A DNA stretch of 64,000 bases from an uncultured Verrucomicrobiae bacterium (lineage in GTDB: Bacteria > Verrucomicrobiota > Verrucomicrobiia > Chthoniobacterales > JAFAMB01), in contig CAWEXO010000013.1 of the NCBI GenBank assembly GCA_963813025.1, positions 672,001 to 736,000 of the forward strand, read 5' to 3'. The position numbers and the translations under genes were made by a program. Every line of letters begins with the position of its first letter. Within the stretch, counting starts at the first letter, position 1. Positions 9,906 through 20,353 of this stretch are shown piece after piece. The notes under the pieces were generated by a model that ran no database searches, had not been told where the DNA came from, and saw only the letters and a program-made list of their open reading frames with translations.

Positions 9906-11707
9906 GTTTTAGTTTCCTTTTTTCGAAAAGCAGCGAAAGGGGAGCCTTCTGCGGAAAGTGACCAGTTAAAGAATTCGATGACGTTAAGCCTGAGTCCGTG
10001 AACAAGGCCGCTGATAATCCCGAGCGACAGATTCAAGGTGTGTCCGACTAAAAGAACCAGAAGGGCAAAGAGCACACCAAAGCCCGGCAACGATCCGCGA
10101 ACTTTGCCGGCGAGTGAGTTAAAAGTGAAAGCCAGCGAGGCACTGGCCAAGCCTAAAGCAAACAAGCGGAGATAACTCAAGGTATCGCCAAAAAGTTTTG
10201 TAATGTTCGTGAGCGAGCTGAGGCCTTCGAGAATCCGCAAGAGACCGGCTTTCAGTGAGGTCACCGGGCGATCGCTACCAAAAAAGATCAACAGCAAAGC
10301 TCCCAGGGCCAGCAACGCGATCCCGGTATCCGAAAGCGTCGATTTCGCGACCGCACCCCGCGAAACGAATAAAAGAACTCCGGCGAGAATGACCGCGATC
10401 CAGCCGACGGGCTTAAGTCTACTCGACAAAGTGTGACCAGAAAAAGCGGCGGCCGCGTTTGCCAGGATGAGATGCAGGCAGCCGACCCCTAGTGAAAAAA
10501 GCATCATCCAAGTCACATCGTGCGAAGGAAGCAGGCGCAGAGAGCCCAGCCACGTATCTGTGCCCGGTTCATACCCGAAGTAGCTGCCGGTCAATACTCC
10601 ATAGATAAAGCCGGCGATCACAATCATGAGCGCGAGGGACCGAAAGCGTTTGCCGCCGACGCTTCGTCCAATCCGCTTGTAGAACCACAAAAGCGGAATT
10701 GCGAGGATTAGCGCATAGCCGGCATCGGCCATGATCATCGCAAAGAAGATCGCAAAAGAAAAAGCCGCAATGATAGACGGGTCCCAAGTGTGATAACCGG
10801 GTGTCGTGTAAAAGGCGACCAGGTCTTCCCCGCCGGCCAGGGCGGGGGGATTGCTCAGCAGAGTCGGCGGGCTGTCTTCAAGCGTAGGCTTTTCCTCAAG
10901 GAGCGCCAACCCGCGATCCTTTGCCAATCTTTCCACTGCCGGTACGCGAACACTAGGGATCCAGCCTTGCAGAAAGAAGAAATTTTCCACTTCCTGGATC
11001 TCTTGGAGAGCCTTCGCCAGGGCAGCCTGGTCCTCAATCCTTAGCAGATGTTTGGAGAGCAAGGAAATCCAACGGCTCAGAGAATTATGCTCAGCTTCTA
11101 ATTCCTCGATCTCCAGCTCGGCCCGATAGAGGCTCCGTTTCAGCTCGTTGAGGGGCGCTGGAGGGACTTGGGTTCGCGGAATTGCGAACAGGTTTTCGGG
11201 CAGTTCTTCCTTTGCGATCACCACGACGTAAACGTGCCGATGATCTTCAGAGACAATCGTCCATGTTTCCCCCAAATTTTCGAGCTTCTTGCGTTCCCGA
11301 AACGGAATCCGATAAAACCATAGCTTGTAACCACCCAGCTCATCGGGTGACGGGAAAATAAAATTCCCCCAAGGACTGATTTCCTCGATTTGGTTCGTTA
11401 AGAGGATTTTTCTGTCAATGGCCTTCCTCAGTTGTTGCTTGTTCCGAAGCGCGGCCGCAACGACCTGCTCAAGGTTGAACTCGCTCTCGTCGACGATTTG
11501 CCGCCGCCGCCGTCCAGAGAGCATCAGGTGTTGGAGCGCTTCCCCGTCAGATTCTTCAGCGCTTGGCGGAGTAAACTCGACTGAGGGCAAGTCTTTTACA
11601 TCGGTGATAATGTGAACGCAGCCGAGGGTTTGTAATTCTTCGAGAACTTCTCGCCGTTCCGGGTTGCTCCCGAAGAGCGTTATCTTGGTGAGGTGGACAA
11701 TACTCAT
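9902..11707 (-). CDS. atpI: V/A-type ATPase subunit I (a)
   Basis: LQGWIP, PPTLLSNP, YHTWDPS, DAGY, SYLRLFALGLAS, HGLRLNVIEFF. Confidence 0.93.
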   Translation of the reverse strand: MSIVHLTKITLFGSNPERREVLEELQTLGCVHIITDVKDLPSVEFTPPSAEESDGEALQHLMLSGRRRRQIVDESEFNLEQVVAAALRNKQQLRKAIDRKILLTNQIEEISPWGNFIFPSPDELGGYKLWFYRIPFRERKKLENLGETWTIVSEDHRHVYVVVIAKEELPENLFAIPRTQVPPAPLNELKRSLYRAELEIEELEAEHNSLSRWISLLSKHLLRIEDQAALAKALQEIQEVENFFFLQGWIPSVRVPAVERLAKDRGLALLEEKPTLEDSPPTLLSNPPALAGGEDLVAFYTTPGYHTWDPSIIAAFSFAIFFAMIMADAGYALILAIPLLWFYKRIGRSVGGKRFRSLALMIVIAGFIYGVLTGSYFGYEPGTDTWLGSLRLLPSHDVTWMMLFSLGVGCLHLILANAAAAFSGHTLSSRLKPVGWIAVILAGVLLFVSRGAVAKSTLSDTGIALLALGALLLIFFGSDRPVTSLKAGLLRILEGLSSLTNITKLFGDTLSYLRLFALGLASASLAFTFNSLAGKVRGSLPGFGVLFALLVLLVGHTLNLSLGIISGLVHGLRLNVIEFFNWSLSAEGSPFAAFRKKETKT

Positions 11708-12300
11708 ACCGCACCCTTTTTTCCCTTGGCGATTTTCGCGCTCACGATGCTCGCCCTCTCGGAATCCGCCAGGGCAAGCCGGATCCGTTTGATATTGGAC
11801 TGGATTCGCGGGATCAGCACTTTTTCAAAAAGGTTAACTCGTTGAGAGACGATTCTGGCCGCCTGAGCCAACAACTCCAAGCGGCGTTCAACCACTTGCC
11901 GCCGAATCGTCACCTCGATCGCCTCTTTCAACAGGTGAACGACCCGATCGACCCAAGGCGGTTTCGCCAGAAATGAGTACTCGGCAATCTGCACATCGAT
12001 CCGGTCGACCTTCGGCAACGTAATTCCCATGACGTTTTCCTCGACAAACTGGACGTCCTGTAACTTGACGAGTCCGGTCAGGTCGATCGATTCATCGCCT
12101 AGCATCGGCAACTGTTTCTCAATCGTCGGTTCCAGAGCCGTCCGTTGCTGCTCCACCTCGGCGAGCTGAAGGCGCGCTTTCTGTTGCTCCAATAAAAGCT
12201 GCTGGCGCTTCAGGTCGAGGGAGGGCAGAAAATTTCGGCAGGCTCGAAGCTGACGGACTTGATCGCTCAGATTGGATTTGCTGAGGGCAACCTTGGCCAT
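11704..12300 (-). CDS. atpD: V/A-type ATPase subunit D
   Basis: LPSLDLKRQQL and QRVNLFEKVLIP; ATG at 12300. Confidence 0.92.
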   Translation of the reverse strand: MAKVALSKSNLSDQVRQLRACRNFLPSLDLKRQQLLLEQQKARLQLAEVEQQRTALEPTIEKQLPMLGDESIDLTGLVKLQDVQFVEENVMGITLPKVDRIDVQIAEYSFLAKPPWVDRVVHLLKEAIEVTIRRQVVERRLELLAQAARIVSQRVNLFEKVLIPRIQSNIKRIRLALADSERASIVSAKIAKGKKGAV

Positions 12301-12302
12301 AA

Positions 12303-13668
12303 TCAGGCGGATAAGGCCGGATTTTGCTGTTTCGCGGGAAAATACTTGTCGACCAGCTCTTGCTTCATCAGCAGTTCCTGCGGCGCAAAACATTCAGCAA
12401 GGGTTTGCCAGGAAAGGTCGAGGGCTTCCTCGAGCGGCATCGAAATGTTGATATCCATGAAGCGCTCCCGAAAAAGCTTGCCGAATTTCAATACTTTCTG
12501 ATCGAATCCGGACAACTCAAAAGCCATCGCCTGTTTCTGTTCGGCATCTCTCGCCTGCGAGTAGAAACGGATCATCGTATTCATAATTTGACCGTGATCC
12601 TCGCGAGTGACTTTCCCGATGACGTGCTGTTTTAACCTGGAAAGAGATCCGAACGGATCGATCACTCCACCATGGAGATAGAACTGTCCCTCGGTGATAT
12701 ACCCGGTGTTGTCCGGCATTGGATGCGTCACGTCGTCCCCCGGCATGGTGGTAACGCTCAGAATCGTGACCGAACCTCCCTGGGCGTAGTCGCAAGCCTT
12801 CTCATAGCGGCGCGCGAGCTGCGAATAGAGGTCGCCAGGGTAGCCGCGGTTTGCCGGCACCTGATCCATTGCGATACTGACCTCTTTCAAGGCGTCGCCA
12901 TAGGCAGTCATGTCGGTCAGCAGAACCAGAACGCGTTTCTGTTCTTCAACGGCGATGTTTTCGGCGACCGCTAGCGAAAGGTCAGGAATCAGAAGTCTTT
13001 CCACGACGGGATCGGATGCCTGGTTCACAAACATCACCATGCGGGTGAACATCCCGGCTTCTTCGAAGGTCTTGCGGAAAAAATAGTAATCATCGAAGAT
13101 CAAGCCCATCCCGCCGAACACGATCGCATCGGCATCGGCTTGGATTCCAATTCGCGCGAGCAGGGCGTTGAACGGCTCGCCGGCGACCGAAAAGATCGGG
13201 ATTTTCTGACTTTCGACCAGACAATTAAACACGTCGATCATCGGCACGTTCGTGCGGATCATCCTGGAAGCCAGGATCCGCCGCATGGGATTTACCGAGG
13301 GGCCACCAATCGGCACGGCCGGTTCGTGAGACAGGTCGGGACCGCCGTCAATCGGTTCGCCGGTACCGCGAAATACCCGGCCGAAAATATTTTCGGAGTA
13401 ACTGACCTGCATGGGGCGACCGAGGAAGCGGACCGTAGACTCGGTCGAGATGCCGCGAGTCCCTCGAAAAACCTGAAGAGCGACGACATCGCGTTTGATG
13501 CTGATCACTTGCGCCAAGGACCGCGAGCCGTCGAGCGCTTCGATCATCGCGAGATCTTCCAAGCGCGGTGCGATACTCTCGGTGCTCGTATCCTCCTGGG
13601 ACTTGAACCTGAACAATGTCCCCAATGATCGCCAGGATCCGCGAATAGCCGACTAATGTCTCGATCAT
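12303..13668 (-). CDS. atpB: V/A-type ATPase subunit B, frameshift near 13598-13600
   Basis: [35 protein letters not shown]-terminus [21 protein letters not shown] is in another frame. Confidence 0.93.
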
Positions 13669-13713
13669 GCGCCCCTATCAGTATCAACTCGCAAAAAAAT
13701 GGCAAGTGAGCCG

Positions 13714-13841
13714 CTATGGGAGAATCGCCATTTCTTCGATCGGCACTTTAACCCCACGATCCCCTCGGGCAATCATGATGCCGTCCGCCGCCGCCAAATT
13801 TCGTAGAAGCGCTCAACCGACTCGTACCACTCAATCTTGGC
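13714..13841 (-). pseudogene. Degenerate internal fragment of a pyruvate kinase gene
   Basis: Translates [41 protein letters not shown]; pyk in this window reads [41 protein letters not shown]. Confidence 0.88.
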
Positions 13842-13953
13842 GGCATGGCGAGTCGCGCACCACAATGTTGTGTTTGGCCGCCATGTTGCCGAGATCGATG
13901 CCCGACGAGGTAGCGGCAATGTAGAATCCGCGCCATGAACCATGTCGCCGGCA

Positions 13954-14739
13954 TTACGAGCCGAAAACAATCCAAACCGCCCAACCGATGAACAAAAACC
14001 CGCTGACACGGCTGAACAATTGGTTCGGGGGAGTGATCTTCTCCAGGAGGACAAAAGCACCGAGAGCGGCAACCCATAGCAGGTTCATCACGCCAAAGGC
14101 AAAAAGGAGACTCATCAAAGCCCAACAGCAGCCGAGACAGTAGCCGCCATGCTTCAATCCCATCCTAAAGGCGCCCCATGAGCCAGGGCGCCATTCCGTA
14201 GCCAAAAATCCCATTGGAGATCGACAATGAGCCAGACAAGCATATTTCAGATGGCTGAACTGGAAGAGACCCGCGACGAGCAGCAATCCGCCTCCCAGCG
14301 CTTTGCTCGTGCTCTCCATCATCGGTGAAATCAAATTCGCTGTAAGCAAGCCCCATTGCGCGAGCGTAGCCAGGACGCTAAAGCCGGTCCACGCCGTCAG
14401 ATATCCCAGCAGGAATCCTCCGGTTGCTGTGAACGTGCCCTGCTGCTCGTTGCGACGCCGATTGATCTCAGCAAAAAGCAGAATCACCGGGCTGGCTGCG
14501 GGGACCATCATCGCAAACATCATGATCACCCACATCAGAAACACGAGGACAAGATCCCAAGCGGTCCAATGCTGCATGGCGGGCATAATGATCATCTGCA
14601 TCCCTCCATCCATATGGCGCATTCCCCAGTCCATGTAGACCAGGTATGTCCAAGACAGAGTCGCTAATCCCGCGAGACCAAACGCGACGACAACGCGGTC
14701 ACGCTTGAGAACTTGTATCAGAGTCGACTTTGCGATCAC
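13954..14739 (-). CDS. DUF2182 predicted metal-binding integral membrane protein
   Basis: MWVIMMFAMMVP, KYACLAHCRSP, YCLGCCWALM, GVMNLLW. Confidence 0.88.
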   Translation of the reverse strand: MIAKSTLIQVLKRDRVVVAFGLAGLATLSWTYLVYMDWGMRHMDGGMQMIIMPAMQHWTAWDLVLVFLMWVIMMFAMMVPAASPVILLFAEINRRRNEQQGTFTATGGFLLGYLTAWTGFSVLATLAQWGLLTANLISPMMESTSKALGGGLLLVAGLFQFSHLKYACLAHCRSPMGFLATEWRPGSWGAFRMGLKHGGYCLGCCWALMSLLFAFGVMNLLWVAALGAFVLLEKITPPNQLFSRVSGFLFIGWAVWIVFGS

Positions 14740-14745
14740 GCCGGC

Positions 14746-15351
14746 TCAGGCAGACTCGTAGACGAACGGCGAAAAAAACCCGGTTTTGTTCGACACCTCC
14801 CACTTCAGGCCGTAATCGCTGAATCTCATTTCTTTGGATTTCGCCACCACTGCCGGAAAGCCTGGCACCGCGGTGAAGGGATGGTTGCCGACTGTCACTT
14901 CCCCGCCATCTTGGCCAGACAAACCCTCGATCTCCGAAACCGCGATGGCGCCGAGACGCAAGCTCCGGCGTTTTCCTTCGGAACGATATTCGATCGGCAC
15001 CGCCTTAACCCCGAGGACCTCGCCGATGAGCGGCGCAAGACCCGCTAGATGCCCCCCTGCTTGGCCAGAGAAGATTTGAGTTAACCCGTCCCGTTGATTT
15101 TGATTTGCCCGTTCATCCACATAGAGGGCAACTTTCCATTTTACCTCCAGCATATGGCCAGGTGCATAGGCCGCAAGGGCGGTATTTAACCCCTCCAGAT
15201 TGGCCTCGCCAAAGCGACCCTGATCAATGTGCCAGGCAAGCAACACCGTGCACTCGCCCCTTGTAGGTGGGCTGAGAAAAACACACGGACACGCGAGGTC
15301 ACAATTACAGGCCTCGAAGTAGGATCCGGCAACTTTCCATGGATCAGGCAT
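14746..15351 (-). CDS. DUF1326 family protein
   Basis: YFEACNCDLACPC and QIFSGQAGG; usual partner of DUF2182. Confidence 0.88.
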   Translation of the reverse strand: MPDPWKVAGSYFEACNCDLACPCVFLSPPTRGECTVLLAWHIDQGRFGEANLEGLNTALAAYAPGHMLEVKWKVALYVDERANQNQRDGLTQIFSGQAGGHLAGLAPLIGEVLGVKAVPIEYRSEGKRRSLRLGAIAVSEIEGLSGQDGGEVTVGNHPFTAVPGFPAVVAKSKEMRFSDYGLKWEVSNKTGFFSPFVYESA

Positions 15352-15562
15352 GGCAGCTCTTTCATTTTGGGCGCTAGAAGGCCTTGCAGTGTAGAAGGTC
15401 TCGCGCCCACGGGGAATATTGGGCTGTTAGATAAACAAATTGTCCTGGAGTGAGCAATTAGATTCTGCTGCAGAATCTAATTCGGTCTTCGCGGGTCTGT
15501 TTCTTGTATGAGTCCGAATCGGCTCCGGCCATGGGTCATCGATCATTGGCCATTGGCACGAC

Positions 15563-17158
15563 CTAGGCGAGCGCGAACAAAATCCCCGCCAGCGCCGCCA
15601 GAATGATCCCGTACACCAGCGTTGGGACAAAGGTCATTTTCAGAATAACGCCTTCCTGGTTTTTCAAACCCAGGACTGCGCACACCGCCACAATGTTGTG
15701 TACCGCAACCATGTTGCCGAGAGCTGCTCCCACTGTCTGGGCGGCCAGCATGGTCGTGGGCGACACACCGAGATCCTGGGCGATCCTTAGCTGAATGGGT
15801 CCAAAGGTCAGGTTCGAGATTGTGGCAGAACCTGAGAAAAAGCTTCCGAGCGCGCCAAGAAATCCGGCGAAATAGATCCACAAGTCCCCGGTTCCGACTG
15901 CCAGCGCATCACCAAGAATCCGGGTCGATGCTCGGTCACCACCAATCGAGAGCAACTGAACGAAAACGAGCGCTCCGAAAAGGGCGATCACCGGATTGCG
16001 CAGACGGGCGACGGTTTCTTTGGCGACTTCCCCGAAAACGCTTGGCGGGCAGCGATAAAGCAGAAGAGCCAGCGCGGCTGCCACAAAAAACGGCAGAATG
16101 GAGGGGACGTAGAGCAGCGCGTGTGACCAATTCAGGTCTTCGCCGAGAATTCCCCGCAATTGGAAGACAAGCGACGGACTGAGCAGGAATAAGCCGAGGT
16201 GACCAAATCGAACCGACACCCAGGCTGCCTCGGACGTCAGGAGCTGCCGCAATCCAAGAGCGGGGATCCGGCTCACCAGCAGAATTCCAACCGTAGCAAG
16301 CAGGGGAGTTAAAGCTCGCAGGACATCACTTGCACGTAAGGGGCCAGCTTCTGGAGTCTGCGGATTGCTGTCCTGTTTGGCCAGACCGATGCCCCGGCGC
16401 GCCAGAAAGATCGTCGTCAGCAAACCAATCATCCCGCCAGCTACCGATGGAAACTCGTAGCTGAAAGTCGCCACCGCAATCATCGGCAGAACGCTCGCCA
16501 AAACAGAGAGCTCAACGAAGAGCAGGTTGTGGCGAATCGTTTTCCAGTCGACAACAAAGCGCAGGCCAATGACTGGGATAACCAGTGCGGCAACGGAATG
16601 CAGGATTGCGCTCTTCAGGCCGACCTCAAGCAATTGCGATTCGGCTAATCCAAGAGAACCAAAACCGAACCAGGTCGGAGTGCCAACGGCGCCGAACGAA
16701 GTCGGGACCGTATTCATGGCGAGACACAGTACGGCGACGCGCAGCGGAGGAAACCCCAGCCCCACCAACACCGGGGCAGCCAAAGCAGCCGGGGTGCCGA
16801 ACCCGCTCGCCCCCTCGATCAGAAAGATAAACGACCAGCCGACAATCATTAGTTGCGCGACCGGATTGCGCGAAACGCCGTCGAGCCACTGGCTTAGTGT
16901 CTGCATGGCGCCTGAGCGCTCCAGCGCTACAAAGAAAAAAATCGCGCCAAACACGATTGAGATCGGCGTGAGCGCGCTCAGCAAACCGTTTATCACCGCC
17001 GCGTGGGCCAGGTTCAGGCTCGTTCGAAAAAACCAGATCCGGATGCCGTAAGTCAGCAGCGCCGCGAGGGTAAAAGCGATGGTTGACGGCAGCGGATTCT
17101 TCTTGGTCATCACGAAGATGAGAAAGGCGATTGGCAACGCTGCGAGAACGATATCCAT
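15563..17158 (-). CDS. lctP: Lactate permease (LctP/LutP family)
   Basis: IEGASGFGTPAA, SFGAVGTP, GSATISN, GAALGNM; multi-TM protein. Confidence 0.92.
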   Translation of the reverse strand: MDIVLAALPIAFLIFVMTKKNPLPSTIAFTLAALLTYGIRIWFFRTSLNLAHAAVINGLLSALTPISIVFGAIFFFVALERSGAMQTLSQWLDGVSRNPVAQLMIVGWSFIFLIEGASGFGTPAALAAPVLVGLGFPPLRVAVLCLAMNTVPTSFGAVGTPTWFGFGSLGLAESQLLEVGLKSAILHSVAALVIPVIGLRFVVDWKTIRHNLLFVELSVLASVLPMIAVATFSYEFPSVAGGMIGLLTTIFLARRGIGLAKQDSNPQTPEAGPLRASDVLRALTPLLATVGILLVSRIPALGLRQLLTSEAAWVSVRFGHLGLFLLSPSLVFQLRGILGEDLNWSHALLYVPSILPFFVAAALALLLYRCPPSVFGEVAKETVARLRNPVIALFGALVFVQLLSIGGDRASTRILGDALAVGTGDLWIYFAGFLGALGSFFSGSATISNLTFGPIQLRIAQDLGVSPTTMLAAQTVGAALGNMVAVHNIVAVCAVLGLKNQEGVILKMTFVPTLVYGIILAALAGILFALA

Positions 17159-17464
17159 TAGTTCGCCGGAATTCTGTTGCCCGGACAACAGAGCGGTTCC
17201 TCTTCGTAACAAACGGCCATCGAAGACCATTCCTTACCCGCCAAACCTGTTTGCCCGCAAGCAAACTTGCTTTCGGGAACTATTTTTCTTTTCTCCAGAC
17301 TTGGCTGTTCAGCACAAGGCCGCGATTCCTTGCTGGACACGGATCGAGTCTGCCAATCGAGATTGCTTTGATCGCGTCATTCAATAAATAGAAGACCAGC
17401 GGTGATTAAACCGCTGAGGTTGGTCGGAACAGGTGAAAGGTATGCCGGAAAGGGTGGAAAGATC

Positions 17465-20230
17465 ATGAGCCAAACGTCGAGTAGTTCAGTCAACCCGAAT
17501 ACTCTTACGACCGTCAGCGGCCCATACGCGTTGTCAGCCGATGACGTGCTGAACCAAATGCAAAGTCAACGCAACGGTCTGTCTGCGGACGAGGCCGCCA
17601 TTCGACTGAAAGCCGTCGGCCCCAACCGGCTCCCGGCTCCGCCGAAAGAAGGGCTGTTGAAGCGGTTTTTTAAACACTTCAACGATATCTTGATTTACAT
17701 CCTCCTTGCCGCCGGCGTGGCAAAAGCGGTTCTCGGGCATTGGGTTGACGCCTGGGTAATCCTGGTGGTGGCGGTAATCAACGCCACGATTGGCTTCCTT
17801 CAGGAAGGTAAGGCTGAGCAAGCCCTCGAAGGCATCCGAAAGATGCTCTCCCTGCGTGCCCACACCCGGCGCGAGGCACAGTGGGAGGAGCTAGATGCAG
17901 AAGCCCTAGTACCTGGCGACATCGTGCGCCTTCGCTCCGGTGACCGTGTCCCCGCCGATGTTCGGCTTCTGGAGGCAGTCAACCTGCGAATCGAGGAATC
18001 TGCCCTGACGGGAGAGTCCGTGCCATCGGATAAGGGAGTACAGCTGGTGGAGGCTAACGCCGGAATCGGAGACCGGCGCTGCATGGCCTACTCCGGGACC
18101 TTGGTCGCAGCCGGCACGGGCCTCGGGGTCGTGACCGCAACTGGAGCAGGAACGGAAATAGGCCGGATCAGCCGAATGATGGCGGAGGTGGAAAGCCTGG
18201 CGACGCCGCTTACCAAACAGATGGCCGCCTTCGGCAAGGTTTTGTCTTTCGCGATCCTCGGAATGGCCATTGTAATGTTTTTGATTGGCTGGCTACTCCA
18301 CGGTTTCGGCATCGACGAGCTTTTTTCCGCGGCTATAGGTTTCGCAGTCGCCGCCATACCCGAAGGTTTGCCGGCGATCATGACGATTACCCTGGCGATC
18401 GGCGTGCAGCGGATGGTGCAGCGCAACGCGATCACGCGCAAGCTGACGGCCGTGGAAACCTTGGGCTCGGTGACGGTCGTTTGCTCGGATAAAACCGGCA
18501 CGCTCACGCGCAATGAAATGACGGTTCGCCATCTGGTTACCAGTGTCGGGCAAGCCGACGTCGAGGGTATCGGTTACGCACCCAAGGGCCGAGTCACGCG
18601 AGAAGGACAGGAGGCTTCTCTGGCAATAAGTCCGGATCTGCAAGCCTTGGTCGAGATCATGGCTGTTTGCAACGATTCAGAAATCGCTGAGGAGGACGGC
18701 CAATGGAAGGTGGTCGGGGAACCTACCGAAGGGGCGCTCCGTACCCTCGGTCAAAAGGCCAACTTTGACCGAGAGGGCTATCAACGGCTGGCCGTGGTAC
18801 CTTTCGATTCGGAAAACAAGTTCATGGCGACGCTCGATCGCGTGCCAGGAGATGGAGTGCGCGTTTTGCTCAAGGGAGCGCCTGATCGGTTGCTCAACCG
18901 CTGCTCGCAGCAGCGCGCTGCGAACGGCGACCTGGAACCGATCGACCGGGCTTTCTGGGAGAAGCAGATCGACGCCCTGGGTGGTCAGGGCCTCCGCGTT
19001 CTGGCCGCCGCCAGTCGTCAGGCTAACGAGGGCACGAGTAGCCTGACACTGACGGACCTCGATAAGGGCATGGTATTTGTCGGGCTGGTCGGTATCGTCG
19101 ATCCTCCGCGTCCGGAGGCTATCGAAGCCATCGCGGCCTGTCGGCAAGCTGGTATCCGGGTCAAGATGATCACCGGAGATCACGCCGGCACCGCTACCGC
19201 CATCGGGCGCGAGATGGGGATTACTGAAAATCCTAAAGCGATCACTGGCGCCGAACTCGAAGCCGCCTCCGACGAGGACCTGCAACGAATCGCCCACGAC
19301 AGTGACATCTTCGCTCGCACCAGTCCGGAACATAAATTGCGCCTGGTACAGGCTTTACAGGCCAATAATGAAGTTGTGGCCATGACCGGGGACGGCGTCA
19401 ATGATGCGCCTGCGCTGAAGCGCGCCGACGTCGGCGTGGCGATGGGGATCAAAGGTACGGAGGCAACCAAAGAGGCTGCCGAGATCGTGCTGGCCGACGA
19501 CAACTTCGCTTCGATCGAGCGCGCCGTAGAAGAAGGGCGCACCATCTATGACAATCTCCAGAAGGCGATTCTTTTCATCCTGCCGACCAATGGCGCGCAA
19601 GCGCTCGTGATCCTCGTAGCAGTGCTTCTGGGGCTGGATCTGCCGCTCTCGCCAGTGCAGATCCTGTGGGTCAACATGGTCACTGCGGTAACCCTGTCCC
19701 TGGCGTTAGCCTATGAACCTGCCGAACCGGGGTTGATGCGCCGTCCACCGCGCCGTCCGGGAGCGCCAATTCTGGGTGAACATGCGCTTTGGCGAATTGC
19801 CTTCGTCTCGGTGCTGATCGGCGGCGCGACCATCGCGGTCTTTCTTTACGAAGAGCATCGGGGATATTCGATTGAGATGGCGCAAACGATGGCGGTGAAC
19901 ATGCTCGCGCTCGGGCAGGTGTTTTATCTGTTCAATAGCCGCTTTCTGAGAGAATCAAGCTTGCGGTTGGATTTGCTGTTTACTAATCGCGTGGTTTGGA
20001 TCGCCATCGGCATCCTGGCTGTTCTGCAACTGTTGTTCGTGTATGTGCCTTTCCTGAATGTGTGGTTCCACTCAGCGCCGATTACGGCGAGTGACTGGCT
20101 GTTGCCGATTGTCATCGGCTTCGTCATTTTCCTGTTGGTCGAGGCCGAAAAGGCGCTACTGCGGAAAATGAAACCCTTGACCGCTACGACAGGGCAAAAC
20201 GTACAGAATCCCGCACCAAAAACTGCCTGA
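17465..20230 (+). CDS. P-type ATPase, type IIA / CtpF-like cation transporter
   Basis: TGES, PEGL, DKTGTLT, KGAP, MITGD, TGDGVNDAPAL. Confidence 0.93.
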   Translation: MSQTSSSSVNPNTLTTVSGPYALSADDVLNQMQSQRNGLSADEAAIRLKAVGPNRLPAPPKEGLLKRFFKHFNDILIYILLAAGVAKAVLGHWVDAWVILVVAVINATIGFLQEGKAEQALEGIRKMLSLRAHTRREAQWEELDAEALVPGDIVRLRSGDRVPADVRLLEAVNLRIEESALTGESVPSDKGVQLVEANAGIGDRRCMAYSGTLVAAGTGLGVVTATGAGTEIGRISRMMAEVESLATPLTKQMAAFGKVLSFAILGMAIVMFLIGWLLHGFGIDELFSAAIGFAVAAIPEGLPAIMTITLAIGVQRMVQRNAITRKLTAVETLGSVTVVCSDKTGTLTRNEMTVRHLVTSVGQADVEGIGYAPKGRVTREGQEASLAISPDLQALVEIMAVCNDSEIAEEDGQWKVVGEPTEGALRTLGQKANFDREGYQRLAVVPFDSENKFMATLDRVPGDGVRVLLKGAPDRLLNRCSQQRAANGDLEPIDRAFWEKQIDALGGQGLRVLAAASRQANEGTSSLTLTDLDKGMVFVGLVGIVDPPRPEAIEAIAACRQAGIRVKMITGDHAGTATAIGREMGITENPKAITGAELEAASDEDLQRIAHDSDIFARTSPEHKLRLVQALQANNEVVAMTGDGVNDAPALKRADVGVAMGIKGTEATKEAAEIVLADDNFASIERAVEEGRTIYDNLQKAILFILPTNGAQALVILVAVLLGLDLPLSPVQILWVNMVTAVTLSLALAYEPAEPGLMRRPPRRPGAPILGEHALWRIAFVSVLIGGATIAVFLYEEHRGYSIEMAQTMAVNMLALGQVFYLFNSRFLRESSLRLDLLFTNRVVWIAIGILAVLQLLFVYVPFLNVWFHSAPITASDWLLPIVIGFVIFLLVEAEKALLRKMKPLTATTGQNVQNPAPKTA

Positions 20231-20234
20231 TTTG

Positions 20235-20268
20235 GAGGCCGTACGTGCTGCGTAGCGCGGACGGCCTC
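20235..20268. repeat. Short GTAG-type REP-like inverted pair
   Basis: gaggccgtacgtgctgc / gtagcgcggacggcctc form an imperfect palindrome; the 17-mer gtagcgcggacggcctc recurs at ~42800. Confidence 0.55.
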
Positions 20269-20353
20269 GGGCGTGTCGGACGTGGAAGTCTGTAACACGC
20301 CATCAAGCGATTGGTCGCGCGAACCGCTAGAGATCGTCTCAGAATGCCGCACT

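Noticed and set aside
9442..10005. N-terminal extension of the 421-aa ORF
   Set aside because: It overlaps atpK and atpI; subunit E starts at 9441 behind a clear RBS.
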